64,000 bases of DNA from Nitrosopumilus sp. (GCA_965224195.1 OZ245040.1:1120001-1184000); one strand, 5' to 3'. Counted from the stretch's first letter, positions 49,821-59,787 are shown. A program made the numbers and translations. Notes: generated from the sequence alone by a model not told the origin.

Positions 49821-50680
49821 GTCTAATATCTATTCCTGAAGCATATTCTCTTAGCACTGGTATTGAAGTTGAAGGAATTGTAAAATCTATGGAAAAAGGC
49901 AAATGGGTTTGGATTAATTATTTACAAGATTACAAACGTGTTTGTAATGCAAAATTAACTGATGGTAAAGACAATAAGATAAATATTGCATTTTGGGACG
50001 ACGATATTCTTGCAGTTAGAAACAATCTAAAAATCCACATTACTGATGCAGAATGGGATGACACAAAAAAAGTTCTTTACAAAACAAAATTTGGTTCAAT
50101 AATTGTTTTAGGCTTTAATCCTAATTTAATTAAAAATGACATCATCAATATTAAAAAACGAAAGAAGATAATTTCTTTCAAAGAATACCAAAAACATGTT
50201 GAAAATAGCCCTGACCTCATGTATCTTGGCAAAGATAAAAAAGAATATTTACTTATCACAAAAGCATTTACTCAAATTGAAAAATATGCATCAAAATTTA
50301 GAAACAGTGGTGTATCACAAGCAATAAAATATTTGCATAATAGAATCACCCTTTCAGCAGAACAAATTCATACAATTCTTAAAATCTTTAATATTTCTGT
50401 TCCATGTGACAGAATTTTAAGAAATTCTATTCCTTCTAAACTGAAAGAAAATAAAATAATTCATACTAAAAATTCATACAAAATAAATATAAAAAAGAGT
50501 GATTCGGATTCTATTCATTTAGAGACAATTATTGCAGAAAATGTTGAAGGACCAAGATATACAGAACTACCTAGTGAAATATCTGTTAATGAGGTATCTT
50601 CAGATAGTAAATTTACGCCTATAATGATAGAAGATACTAAACATTGTGGAAATTTTGACACATATGGAGATTCAGCATGA
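49817..50680 (+). CDS. Protein with N-terminal SSB/RPA-like OB fold
   Basis: VEGIVKS..VCNAKLTDG..INIAFWDDDI..IHITDA..TKFGSI resembles the single-OB archaeal SSB pattern; ATGA-coupled to the PIN gene. Confidence 0.68.
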   Translation: MSLISIPEAYSLSTGIEVEGIVKSMEKGKWVWINYLQDYKRVCNAKLTDGKDNKINIAFWDDDILAVRNNLKIHITDAEWDDTKKVLYKTKFGSIIVLGFNPNLIKNDIINIKKRKKIISFKEYQKHVENSPDLMYLGKDKKEYLLITKAFTQIEKYASKFRNSGVSQAIKYLHNRITLSAEQIHTILKIFNISVPCDRILRNSIPSKLKENKIIHTKNSYKINIKKSDSDSIHLETIIAENVEGPRYTELPSEISVNEVSSDSKFTPIMIEDTKHCGNFDTYGDSA

Positions 50681-50762
50681 TAAATTAAATTAAAAAGAAT
50701 ACATTGTGTCATGAGAGTTTAAAAGATGTCAACATACATCAAAAAATAGGAGACAATTAAAC

Positions 50763-52115
50763 ATGGTCCAAAATAAAATTGATAAAAAAGCAGCTCAAAA
50801 GATTTTAGATTATATTGATACTAATGATGTTGAAACTGCTAGAAAAGGAGATATTATTGTAAATGGGAAAACTGAACAAAAATTGGCTCACACATTACCG
50901 AGAAGTCTTTTAAAACTAAATATTGACAATCATCGTTTTAGTACTGCAATCGAGACATTAAGGCAAGAACGAAAAGAAGAAGGTAAATCCCCTGAATTGA
51001 ATATGGGTAATAAATCCGACATAGATGAAATTAGAAATATGCTTAGGGGAATTAACCCCTTAAATTCAAATAGAAAAACACAATACAATAAACTATTACA
51101 AGAAGTAAAAGAATATTCAATAGAAAATTCTGGCAATGGATTAACAGCCTTGACCATTGTTACCGCTGATGGAATATACGTTAATGGAAATAGACGAGAT
51201 ACTGTTTTAGAAGATTTAACAGAACAAGAAAATAAAAAGAAACTAGGTGGATTACCCCAAAAATATGAAGATATTGAGGTAATAGTTTGTCCAGATACAC
51301 TCACTGCATCAGACATACGTCAAATGGAATTAAAAGAACAAGTTGGTCTTAGTCTTCGTGATGAATATGATAAAATGAATACCGCATTATTGATTAAAGA
51401 AGAATATGAAACCTTACTTGAAGGTAAGGGACCAGGTAAAGAAAGTGAGGTAAAAAATATAATTGCAAGTAGAATTGCAGGTAAAGACAAAACGCATGTT
51501 AGTGATTATTTAAAATTTTTAGAATTTGTAGATCTAGTACTTGAAGCACTAGATAAAGAGGGAGAATATTATAAAATTAACACAAAAACTGATAATGAAA
51601 AAGATTCGCAACCAGTCACAACCATTTGTATTGAATTTCAAAAGCAATGGGAAAAAGTAGAATCAAGTAAACAAAAAACAAATGTTGTTTATCATTGTGC
51701 AGCATATTGTCAGGGTGTTTTTAATCAACCAAAAGCAGATTCAGGAGATTATAAATTCAATTCAAGAAGTAAAAGAATTTTAAGTTCTGCTTTAAACAAA
51801 AAAAGTGCTAAACAATTACTGGACAATTATGATATGACTGATTTTGACTTTAGTTCCGATGCAGAGGTTAAAAAATATGGAACTATGTTACAACAGGTTG
51901 AAGACAAAGCAAAAAATGAAACGTGGTTAGAAACTCCAGAGAAACTCCTGAAATCAATAGAAGGTTCACTTTTTACTATAGATGAGGCATTATCTACATC
52001 TGAAAGTAAAAAAGTAAAAGCAAGATTAGAGCATGTACACGTAAAAAGATCTTTAAAATTATTTGTAGAGATTATAGATAAAATTGAGCATAAAATGAAA
52101 ACAATAAAGGATTAA
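50763..52115 (+). CDS. ParB/Srx-like domain protein
   Basis: LKLNIDNHRF, IVTADGIYVNGNRR (ParB-like GxRR), IRQMELKEQ..EYD. Confidence 0.65.
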   Translation: MVQNKIDKKAAQKILDYIDTNDVETARKGDIIVNGKTEQKLAHTLPRSLLKLNIDNHRFSTAIETLRQERKEEGKSPELNMGNKSDIDEIRNMLRGINPLNSNRKTQYNKLLQEVKEYSIENSGNGLTALTIVTADGIYVNGNRRDTVLEDLTEQENKKKLGGLPQKYEDIEVIVCPDTLTASDIRQMELKEQVGLSLRDEYDKMNTALLIKEEYETLLEGKGPGKESEVKNIIASRIAGKDKTHVSDYLKFLEFVDLVLEALDKEGEYYKINTKTDNEKDSQPVTTICIEFQKQWEKVESSKQKTNVVYHCAAYCQGVFNQPKADSGDYKFNSRSKRILSSALNKKSAKQLLDNYDMTDFDFSSDAEVKKYGTMLQQVEDKAKNETWLETPEKLLKSIEGSLFTIDEALSTSESKKVKARLEHVHVKRSLKLFVEIIDKIEHKMKTIKD

Positions 52116-52122
52116 GGTATCT

Positions 52123-54150
52123 GTGATTCAAATCAAATTTTCTAAACTGGATTCAAATATATTTCAAATTGAAACAGATGAAAAATTAAGTCCATATGTT
52201 AGAATAAATCTAAAACAAGAAAATTTTAAAAATACTGAAAATAAATTGGTTTGGCAAAAAACATCTGACGATAATCAAACAATTGAAATAATTTATGATT
52301 TATTTAGTGAGAATAGGTATGAAATTATTCCAAATCCAGAAATAAAAAAAATTATAGACAATTTTGAACATCTAAAAAAAGAATATGAAAAATTTGTGGA
52401 GATAGGTACAGAATTAAAAAAGAATAGAAATCCAACTTTACCTAAAATAGAATTAGAACAAGGAATATCTCTAAAACCTTATCAAAAAATGCCCGTTAAC
52501 CATATGATAACTATACCCAATACTGCAAATTTTTCCATTCCTGGTTCTGGAAAAACCCTAATGACATTATCATCATTTAATATTTTAACAAATCAGAATA
52601 AAATAGATCAAATGTGGGTTATTGGTCCATTGGCTTCATTTAAAGCATGGGAGATGGATTACGAAAAACTATTTGGTAAATCAATATCCAAACATACTCT
52701 TCGTTATCATGGAACTCCAGTAGAACGTAAAAAATTAAGAGGCCAAATAAAAGACAAAGATATAATCATTACATCATATGGTACGGCAAATAATGATTTA
52801 GAATTAATTAAAAATTTGTGGAAATATAATAATAAAAAAATATTATTAGTACTAGATGAATCTCATCACATTAAATCTATTGAAGAAACAACTACAGACG
52901 GCAACGATACAATGTCTTCTAAAATGATTCAATTGGGAAAATATGCTAATAGAAGATGCATTTTGACAGGTACTCCAATTCCTAGAAAGTTAGAAGATCT
53001 CTGGTCACAAATAACGTTTTTGTGGCCACATATTGAACCATTCAAAGAACTTTACGGGGGATCCCGTAGAGAATTTGAGAGATATGTAAAAGACGAATTT
53101 GGTGCAGAAGAAAAAATTAAAGAGATAATTAATTTCATGTGGAGTAGAGTTACAAATAAAGAAATGGCACCAGAAATGCCAGAAAGACATTCTCATCCAA
53201 TTAAAGTTATAATGGATTCAACTCAGCAGCAAATCTACCATATCATCAAACATCAAGCTGCAAGTGAGATGGATGAAGGTAGAAGTCAAGATGCAGTTAG
53301 AAAATTAAAAAAAGCAACTATCATCAGATTATATCAGACTGTAACAAATCCTAGATTAATATCTGAAAATGATGGAGATTTCCAAATTGATGGATTAAAG
53401 ACTGTCGAGAGAAAAGGAGATCAAGATATTTTGAATCTTATTTCAGAATATGACGGTACAAAAACCACTCCAAAAATTGAAGCGATAGCAGAACATGCAA
53501 GGGAATTATCCACAGGTATTGGAAAACGTGCATCAAAGAATGGACCAAAAAATATATTAATTTTTACTATTTTCAAAGGAACGGTAGATGACATTGCAAA
53601 AAAACTCAAGGATTTAGAGCCATTAGTAGTGAAAGGAGACATTGATGGAACAATTAGAGAGGACATATATGAAAAATTTAAAAATTGGAAATTTCCAAAT
53701 GGTTATGGAAAAATTTTAATTGCAACTATTGGTTCCGTAGCAGAATCTGTGTCATTACATAACAATAAAAATAATGAACCTGTATGCCAAAATGTAATTT
53801 ATGCAGAAAGAAGTCACAATGCAGGTCAATACATGCAATCACTTTTTCGAGTTTATCGTGTAGGTTCTAAAAAGGAATTAGACATACATTATTATTTTTA
53901 TCAAAGTATTTTTGATGGAGGAATTACTTCAATAGATGATACCGTTGACGGTATTTTAACTGCTAGAACAAATAGAATGTTTGATATTTTAGGTGATGAG
54001 TTCATAATGAAACCAATGTCATTAGGAATAGATACAAAAGATGATAAAAAGAATTATGATGAAAATGAGAAATTAAGTGATATTGATGATATCGATGAAA
54101 TAGAGGATGAAATTTTTAAAAAGGAAATCCCAAAGGAGAATTTAAATTAA
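52123..54150 (+). CDS. SNF2-family helicase/ATPase
   Basis: LKPYQ, NFSIPGSGKT, LDESHHIK, LTGTPIP, AESVSLH, motif VI variant QSLFRVYRVG. Confidence 0.88.
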   Translation: MIQIKFSKLDSNIFQIETDEKLSPYVRINLKQENFKNTENKLVWQKTSDDNQTIEIIYDLFSENRYEIIPNPEIKKIIDNFEHLKKEYEKFVEIGTELKKNRNPTLPKIELEQGISLKPYQKMPVNHMITIPNTANFSIPGSGKTLMTLSSFNILTNQNKIDQMWVIGPLASFKAWEMDYEKLFGKSISKHTLRYHGTPVERKKLRGQIKDKDIIITSYGTANNDLELIKNLWKYNNKKILLVLDESHHIKSIEETTTDGNDTMSSKMIQLGKYANRRCILTGTPIPRKLEDLWSQITFLWPHIEPFKELYGGSRREFERYVKDEFGAEEKIKEIINFMWSRVTNKEMAPEMPERHSHPIKVIMDSTQQQIYHIIKHQAASEMDEGRSQDAVRKLKKATIIRLYQTVTNPRLISENDGDFQIDGLKTVERKGDQDILNLISEYDGTKTTPKIEAIAEHARELSTGIGKRASKNGPKNILIFTIFKGTVDDIAKKLKDLEPLVVKGDIDGTIREDIYEKFKNWKFPNGYGKILIATIGSVAESVSLHNNKNNEPVCQNVIYAERSHNAGQYMQSLFRVYRVGSKKELDIHYYFYQSIFDGGITSIDDTVDGILTARTNRMFDILGDEFIMKPMSLGIDTKDDKKNYDENEKLSDIDDIDEIEDEIFKKEIPKENLN

Positions 54151-54163
54151 TTAAATCCATAAC

Positions 54164-55130
54164 ATGAAAGCAAATATTTCTGATTTAGTTTGTATTTTAA
54201 AATATTTTAATAATTCCAAAAATATTGAAAAAAAATATTTATTTTTTTAATTAAATCGAGACACAACAAGAATCAATTGGGTTAAACTGTATAATTTAGG
54301 AATAGAATTAAAAATTTTAAATGAAAATAAAAGCATTGCTAAAATTACATCCAAAGGAAAAGTATTCTATTCAATGTCAAATAATTCTTCAGAATTAAAC
54401 ATTGAGCAAAAATTATTTATTTTTACAAATGGAGTTTTGGATAATCCATCATTTAAAGTAATTAATAATTTTTTAAAATTATTTACTCTCAATAATCAAA
54501 GATGATTTAGAATTTTATAAAAAACAAAAGGGTTATGAAAAATTGAGAAGCAGTGATACTGACATTTTATTTGAATTAAATGTATTAAATTATGAAACAA
54601 ACAAAATAACAATCAATGAAAAATTTGCAGAAATCTTATTACATCAAAAATTATTGGGCAAGTCGGAATTATCTCAAAGTGAATTTGATCGAATTTTAGA
54701 TGAACAAAAAAGAATTGGAGATTTAGGTGAGAAATTAACACTAGAATATGAAAAAGATCAATTTAAGAAGAAAAGATGGAATTATCAAGAAAAAAATGTG
54801 AGAATAATTGGGAAAAAAAATATACGTAAAGGATATGATCTAGAGTCATTTTTAACACAAAAATCTAGACTCAATTCTGAGGGAATAGCTGATAAACACA
54901 TTGAAGTTAAAAGTAGAAAATATGATGAATTTTCATTTATAATTTCTGCAAATGAATTAAAAATTGGAAAGATTCTATCTGAGAGAGAAAATCATGAATA
55001 TTTGATATATTTTTGGAATAATTTAGGAAGCAAAAATTTGCCTACATCCCCGGTGAAAATTATGTCATTTAAAAAATTGAATGTTACACCTTGCAAGAAT
55101 TGTCTCAACTATTTTGTATCTTTAGATTGA
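54164..55130 (+). pseudogene. DUF3883 (NOV-C)-like PD-(D/E)XK nuclease; 5' part frameshifted
   Basis: IGDLGEKLTLEYEK, GYDLES, HIEVKS, ISANE in 54543-55130; broken frames from ATG 54164 include a wHTH-like AKITSKGK. Confidence 0.75.
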
Positions 55131-55207
55131 TCTTAGAAAATTAACTTATTTTGATGAGTATAAAATAATCAAAAAAAAAACCTATAAGAGATAATCTTAG
55201 TCAAAAA

Positions 55208-56092
55208 TTGAACAATTTGTTAAAATCAACTCAAAGACTTAATGTAATTTATCGTAGTGACTGTTTAAACAAATTAAAAAAATTAGATTCTAATTCTATA
55301 GATTTTATTATTACTTCTCCTCCGTATGCAGATAGCAGAAAAAAAACATACGAAGGCGCTTCTGCAGATAAATATGTGAACTGGTTTTTACCTATTTCAA
55401 AAGAACTTAAACGTGTTTTAAAACCTAGAGGCTCTTTTATTTTAAATATCAAAGAAAGAGTTGTTGATTCTGAACGTAGTACATATGTTCTAGAATTAAT
55501 TCTAGAGATGCGAAAACAAGGATGGCTGTGGACTGAGGAGTATCTTTGGCATAAAAAAAATTCTTTTCCTGGAAAATGGCCAAATAGATTCCGAGATGGG
55601 TGGGAAAGATGCTTGCATTTTACAAAACAGAAAAAATTCAAAATGTATCAAAAATCAGTCATGGTGTCTAAGGGAAAATGGACAGAGTCTAGACTCAAAA
55701 ATCTTTCTGAGACTGATATGGAACGTGATAAATCTCGCGTGATGAGTGGATTTAGTAAAAATGTATCCAATTGGTTGGATAGGGATCTGGCATACCCATC
55801 TAATGTCATTCATATGGCAACTGAATGTTCTAATGTAAGTCATAGTGCCGCATTTCCTGTATCTTTACCTGAATGGTTTATCAAATTATTTACAAAAGAT
55901 GAGGATGTTGTATTGGATCCTTTTATGGGGAGTGGCACTACTGCTGTAGCTGCAACAAAATTAAATCGTAATTATATTGGAATGGAAAAAAATACGTTAT
56001 ATCATAAATATGCAAATAAAAGAATTAGAATTTTTAAGAAAGAACTTGAAGCAAATTTAAAATCTAAAAATAAATTAAAAATTTCTAGTTAG
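55208..56092 (+). CDS. Beta-class N4-cytosine/N6-adenine DNA methyltransferase
   Basis: IDFIITSPPY (motif IV) before HSAAFP and VLDPFMGSGTT (motif I). Confidence 0.93.
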   Translation: MNNLLKSTQRLNVIYRSDCLNKLKKLDSNSIDFIITSPPYADSRKKTYEGASADKYVNWFLPISKELKRVLKPRGSFILNIKERVVDSERSTYVLELILEMRKQGWLWTEEYLWHKKNSFPGKWPNRFRDGWERCLHFTKQKKFKMYQKSVMVSKGKWTESRLKNLSETDMERDKSRVMSGFSKNVSNWLDRDLAYPSNVIHMATECSNVSHSAAFPVSLPEWFIKLFTKDEDVVLDPFMGSGTTAVAATKLNRNYIGMEKNTLYHKYANKRIRIFKKELEANLKSKNKLKISS

Positions 56093-56242
56093 CTTTTTTA
56101 AAAAGTGATTTTTGACCAAATTGATTTTAGTTGAATGTATTTTTCTCTGAATCTATTTTTCAGTAACAATATGTTGGAAAACTACATTATTCTTTAAAAA
56201 TTCTTAAAAAATCATATAATGATCATACTCTATAGAATACTA

Positions 56243-56728
56243 ATGTCGCTTGACGTCTCATCATTAATTCAGGCATTAAACAAGTCAAAACTAGTTGCAA
56301 AATGTCCGCACTGTGGAGATGAGTTCCGCCTTTCAAAGTCGCTTCTTTTTGACGGAAGAGGGAAATTTCCCGACAAGGCAGAAATAAGAAGACTGGAATT
56401 GTTCGAGGAGCTCAAAGACAGAGCCACAGATCTCTTGGAAAAACAAAAGAGAGCAACAACAAAATCAGAAAAAACAGCAGTAGCCGTAGGAATTGGAAAG
56501 ATTATTGAGAAAATTTTTCCTGCTCACAAGAATTTTGATCTGATCCCCTCTGATTGCAGATTCCTTGCAGAGCCAATAGATATGATAATCTTTGATGGAG
56601 TGTCTGAAAACAAGGTAGACAAGATAACCTTCATGGATGTAAAGACAGGTGGTGCCACACTCAACAAACATCAGAGACAAATCCGAGATGCGATAAATGA
56701 TCACAACGTAAAGTGGGAGTCATACTAA
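56243..56728 (+). CDS. Holliday-junction-resolvase-like endonuclease (Endonuc_Holl type) with CxxC
   Basis: CPHCG, GKIIEKI, RFLAEPIDMIIFDG, FMDVKTG, QRQIRDAI. Confidence 0.82.
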   Translation: MSLDVSSLIQALNKSKLVAKCPHCGDEFRLSKSLLFDGRGKFPDKAEIRRLELFEELKDRATDLLEKQKRATTKSEKTAVAVGIGKIIEKIFPAHKNFDLIPSDCRFLAEPIDMIIFDGVSENKVDKITFMDVKTGGATLNKHQRQIRDAINDHNVKWESY

Positions 56729-57237
56729 TGGTACAATCCTTTGTTGAGATGTTTAATCAGCTAAAGACTATTCACTGCATGTGTTCTAACTGTGATAATA
56801 TAATGAGGGCAAGTGATTTGAAATTGATCTCTAAAGAAAAAACAGACAAAACATGGCTTGATACACATGATGTAAAAACAAAACAGATAGACAAAAAAGA
56901 AGATAAGTTTGCAGAAGAAGAAGGTAAAATTAGAGAAGAATCTCGAAAGAGAGGGAGAGACCAAGTTCCAAAATTAATCAATCAATCGCTAAACAAGAAT
57001 TTCTTAAAACTAAAGTATGATCCGTATGATGTCAAGGCAATTCTACATCCAGTTGATTTTATTGCATTCAAAGGAATGAATGACGGACAAGTTGAACATG
57101 TCTCTTTACTGTCAAATAAAACAACAAACCCTCACATGCAAAGTCTTCACAAGGCAATTGCAGAAGCAATCAAGACAAAATCATATGATTGGAAAGTATT
57201 GCATGTAGCCGAAGATGGTGAGGTTGCCTACAAATAA
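56728..57237 (+). CDS. Paralogous HJR-like protein with degenerate active site
   Basis: CSNC, HPVDFIAFKG, LLSNKT in place of FxD/ExK; TAATG-coupled to the upstream paralog. Confidence 0.72.
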   Translation: MVQSFVEMFNQLKTIHCMCSNCDNIMRASDLKLISKEKTDKTWLDTHDVKTKQIDKKEDKFAEEEGKIREESRKRGRDQVPKLINQSLNKNFLKLKYDPYDVKAILHPVDFIAFKGMNDGQVEHVSLLSNKTTNPHMQSLHKAIAEAIKTKSYDWKVLHVAEDGEVAYK

Positions 57238-57258
57238 ATTAAAAATTGAGCATGAAAT

Positions 57259-58653
57259 ATGACTAATTCTAAACAAATAAGAAAATTTGATCTAAATATT
57301 GAAGAAGTTTTAGAGAATTGGGACGTATATCATGCAATAAGAGAAATTATTGCAAATGCCATTGATGAACAGATACTAACAGATACACAAGAAATTGAAA
57401 TTAAAAAAGAGAAAAATAGTTTTGTAATTCGTGATTATGGACGCGGTGTGAAATATGAACATCTAACTCAAAATGAAAATAAGGAAAAGATATCCCACCC
57501 AGAATTAGTTATTGGAAAATTTGGAGTGGGTTTGAAGGATGCATTAGCCACATTTGATAGACATAAAATCAAAATTATGCTAAAATCAAAATATGGAGAT
57601 ATCACAATTGATAAATCATCCAAATTTGGATTTGAGGATGTTATTACACTTCATGCAGTGATTTCTCCCCCATCAGAATCCAAAATTGTTGGAACAAAGA
57701 TAATTCTTGAAGGATGTACAAAAAATGATGTAGAAAAAGCAAAAAATCTCTTCTTAAAATTTTCAGGTGAAAAAATGTTAGAAAGAACACAATATGGTGA
57801 AATTCTACAAAAAGATTCTATTTCAAAAATTTACATTAATGGAATCAAAGTTGCAGAAGAAGATAACTTTCTTTTTTCATATAATATTACTTCATTAACC
57901 AACGCAATGCGAAAAGCTCTAAATCGTGAAAGAACACATGTTGGAAGAACTGCATATACTGAACGAGTTAAATCTATTTTGCTTTCAAGTAATGATGAAA
58001 AAATTGCCCGATTACTAGTAGATGATCTTGAAGGATATCAAAAAGGTACAGAACATGATGAAATGAAATACATCGATGTTGCAGTGCATGCATGTAAAAT
58101 ATTGAATACTTCATCATCAGTAGTTTTTGTAACACCCCAACAATTACAATATGACACTATGGCCATAGACAATGCTAGAAATGATGGATTGGCAATAATT
58201 GTTGTACCTGAAACAATTAGTCACAAAATACAAGGTATGAAAGATATTTCTGGAAATATAATGCGTGATTTGGGACAATACAATCTGGAATGGAATGAAA
58301 GTTTTGAATTCAAATTTGTAAAACCCTCTGAATTAACATTAAACGAACGTAAAATCTATGATAAGACATTCGATATTTTCAATTTAATTGGAGGCAAACC
58401 AAACATAATCAAAAATATTTCAATATCTGAAACTATGCGTAGAGAATTTTCTGGAAATGAAGCACTTGGTATTTGGGAGCCAAGTATTAAGAGAATAGTT
58501 ATCAAACGAGAACAACTCACAAAAATTGAATCATATGCAGGTACACTACTTCATGAAGCCGCACATGCATTAAGTGGAGCAGGTGATGTATCGCGAGAAT
58601 TTGAAATGGAATTAACTAACATTATTGGTAAAATTTCTGATAAATCAATCTGA
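57259..58653 (+). CDS. GHKL (HATPase_c) ATPase fused to a C-terminal HEXXH zincin-like domain
   Basis: AIREIIANAIDE, IRDYGRG, IGKFGVGLK, GT; TLLHEAAH near the C-terminus. Confidence 0.82.
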   Translation: MTNSKQIRKFDLNIEEVLENWDVYHAIREIIANAIDEQILTDTQEIEIKKEKNSFVIRDYGRGVKYEHLTQNENKEKISHPELVIGKFGVGLKDALATFDRHKIKIMLKSKYGDITIDKSSKFGFEDVITLHAVISPPSESKIVGTKIILEGCTKNDVEKAKNLFLKFSGEKMLERTQYGEILQKDSISKIYINGIKVAEEDNFLFSYNITSLTNAMRKALNRERTHVGRTAYTERVKSILLSSNDEKIARLLVDDLEGYQKGTEHDEMKYIDVAVHACKILNTSSSVVFVTPQQLQYDTMAIDNARNDGLAIIVVPETISHKIQGMKDISGNIMRDLGQYNLEWNESFEFKFVKPSELTLNERKIYDKTFDIFNLIGGKPNIIKNISISETMRREFSGNEALGIWEPSIKRIVIKREQLTKIESYAGTLLHEAAHALSGAGDVSREFEMELTNIIGKISDKSI

Positions 58654-58662
58654 GAAAATAAA

Positions 58663-59111
58663 ATGATTAACCAAATAAAATTCAAAGTGCAAGGGCGACC
58701 ACCACGAAAGACAGAAGATAAATCTTGCTGGTCCGTTAACAGTAAAGAATGGAAATACATCTACAAGCTTAAAGAAGAGGCATTTGAAGCAAAGAAATTA
58801 GCAGGTGTTGATGATTATTTTAAAACAAATGCAAAGATTTCAATTATTATCAATACACCCTATTTGACAAAAAAAGATGAAAATCTCCACATTGGCGATC
58901 TTGACACATTTGTAGCGGGAATTTTTGAAGCAATCCAACCTGCACACCCCAAAATGATACATTAGATATTGATGAGAAACTGAAAAATCACCCTGATTTT
59001 GGTTCTAAAATTTCTTTGTTAGTAGAAGATGATTCTTACATTACTGAAGTTAATGCCAAGAAAATTAAAAATGATGAAACATTTTATGAAATAGAAATTA
59101 CTGATGCATAA
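58663..59111 (+). pseudogene. RusA-like endonuclease, frameshifted
   Basis: FKVQGRPPRK, GDLDTFVAGIFEAI; another frame from about 58960 gives LLVEDDSYITEVNAKK..YEIEITDA*. Confidence 0.7.
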
Positions 59112-59261
59112 ATCATTCATTTGAACACACACTTTGTTCGTTCATTTGAACAAACAATATCTACGCCTATAACTGCCAAAACCACTCATTATCCGCCATT
59201 CAATGACATTCATTACCATTCATTACCAATAGTTATATACCGCAAATTTAATCCCAATAAC

Positions 59262-59675
59262 ATGAGTACACAATCTCAAACCAGCGACGCATTTGCAATG
59301 TACAAGCAAAATGTTCAGAAATACTTTGAAAATATTTCAAAACTAACTCCACAATATTTTCAATCTGCAACAGAATTGCAAAACGAATGTATGAAAACTT
59401 GTCAAAAAACAATTAACGCTACAGTATCAATGCAACAAGAATTTGCAAAGAAATCAGGAATCAATACTGAAATTCCAGACTCTGCAAAAACTGCACTAGT
59501 TGATACAAACAAGCAAATTGTTCAAGCAAGCACAGTAAACAACCAAATGGCAAAAACTGCTATTGAGGCAACTGTTCAAAATTTCAAAACATTTAACGAC
59601 AATGTTAATGCCTTTGCTGAATTAAACAAAAACATTATCCAAACCTGGGTAACTCCTTTCGCACAAACAAAATAG
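59262..59675 (+). CDS. Amphipathic-helix (phasin-like) protein
   Basis: Q/N/T/A-rich helical 137 aa; likely start MSTQSQ. Confidence 0.6.
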   Translation: MSTQSQTSDAFAMYKQNVQKYFENISKLTPQYFQSATELQNECMKTCQKTINATVSMQQEFAKKSGINTEIPDSAKTALVDTNKQIVQASTVNNQMAKTAIEATVQNFKTFNDNVNAFAELNKNIIQTWVTPFAQTK

Positions 59676-59787
59676 TGTGATTGACTTTTCTTTTTTATTT
59701 TATTAGTTTAGAATAATTTATGAAATTTGATGATCACTCATCAAACCCCACAGTGTGTTCGGTAATTTGTCTTTCAAAATTTGTATT

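Larger units (their letters stand above)
47655..59111. mobile_element. Putative genomic (defence) island at the 3' end of aEF-2; no integrase seen
   Basis: Switch from core genes to very AT-rich nuclease/helicase/methylase genes right after the aEF-2 stop; host-like genes resume at about 59262; boundaries inferred. Confidence 0.6.

Noticed and set aside
47640-59113. GCATAAAT at 47649 and 59106 as island TSD/att sites
   Set aside because: Only 8 bp in very AT-rich DNA, and it also occurs at about 49293; not significant without comparative data
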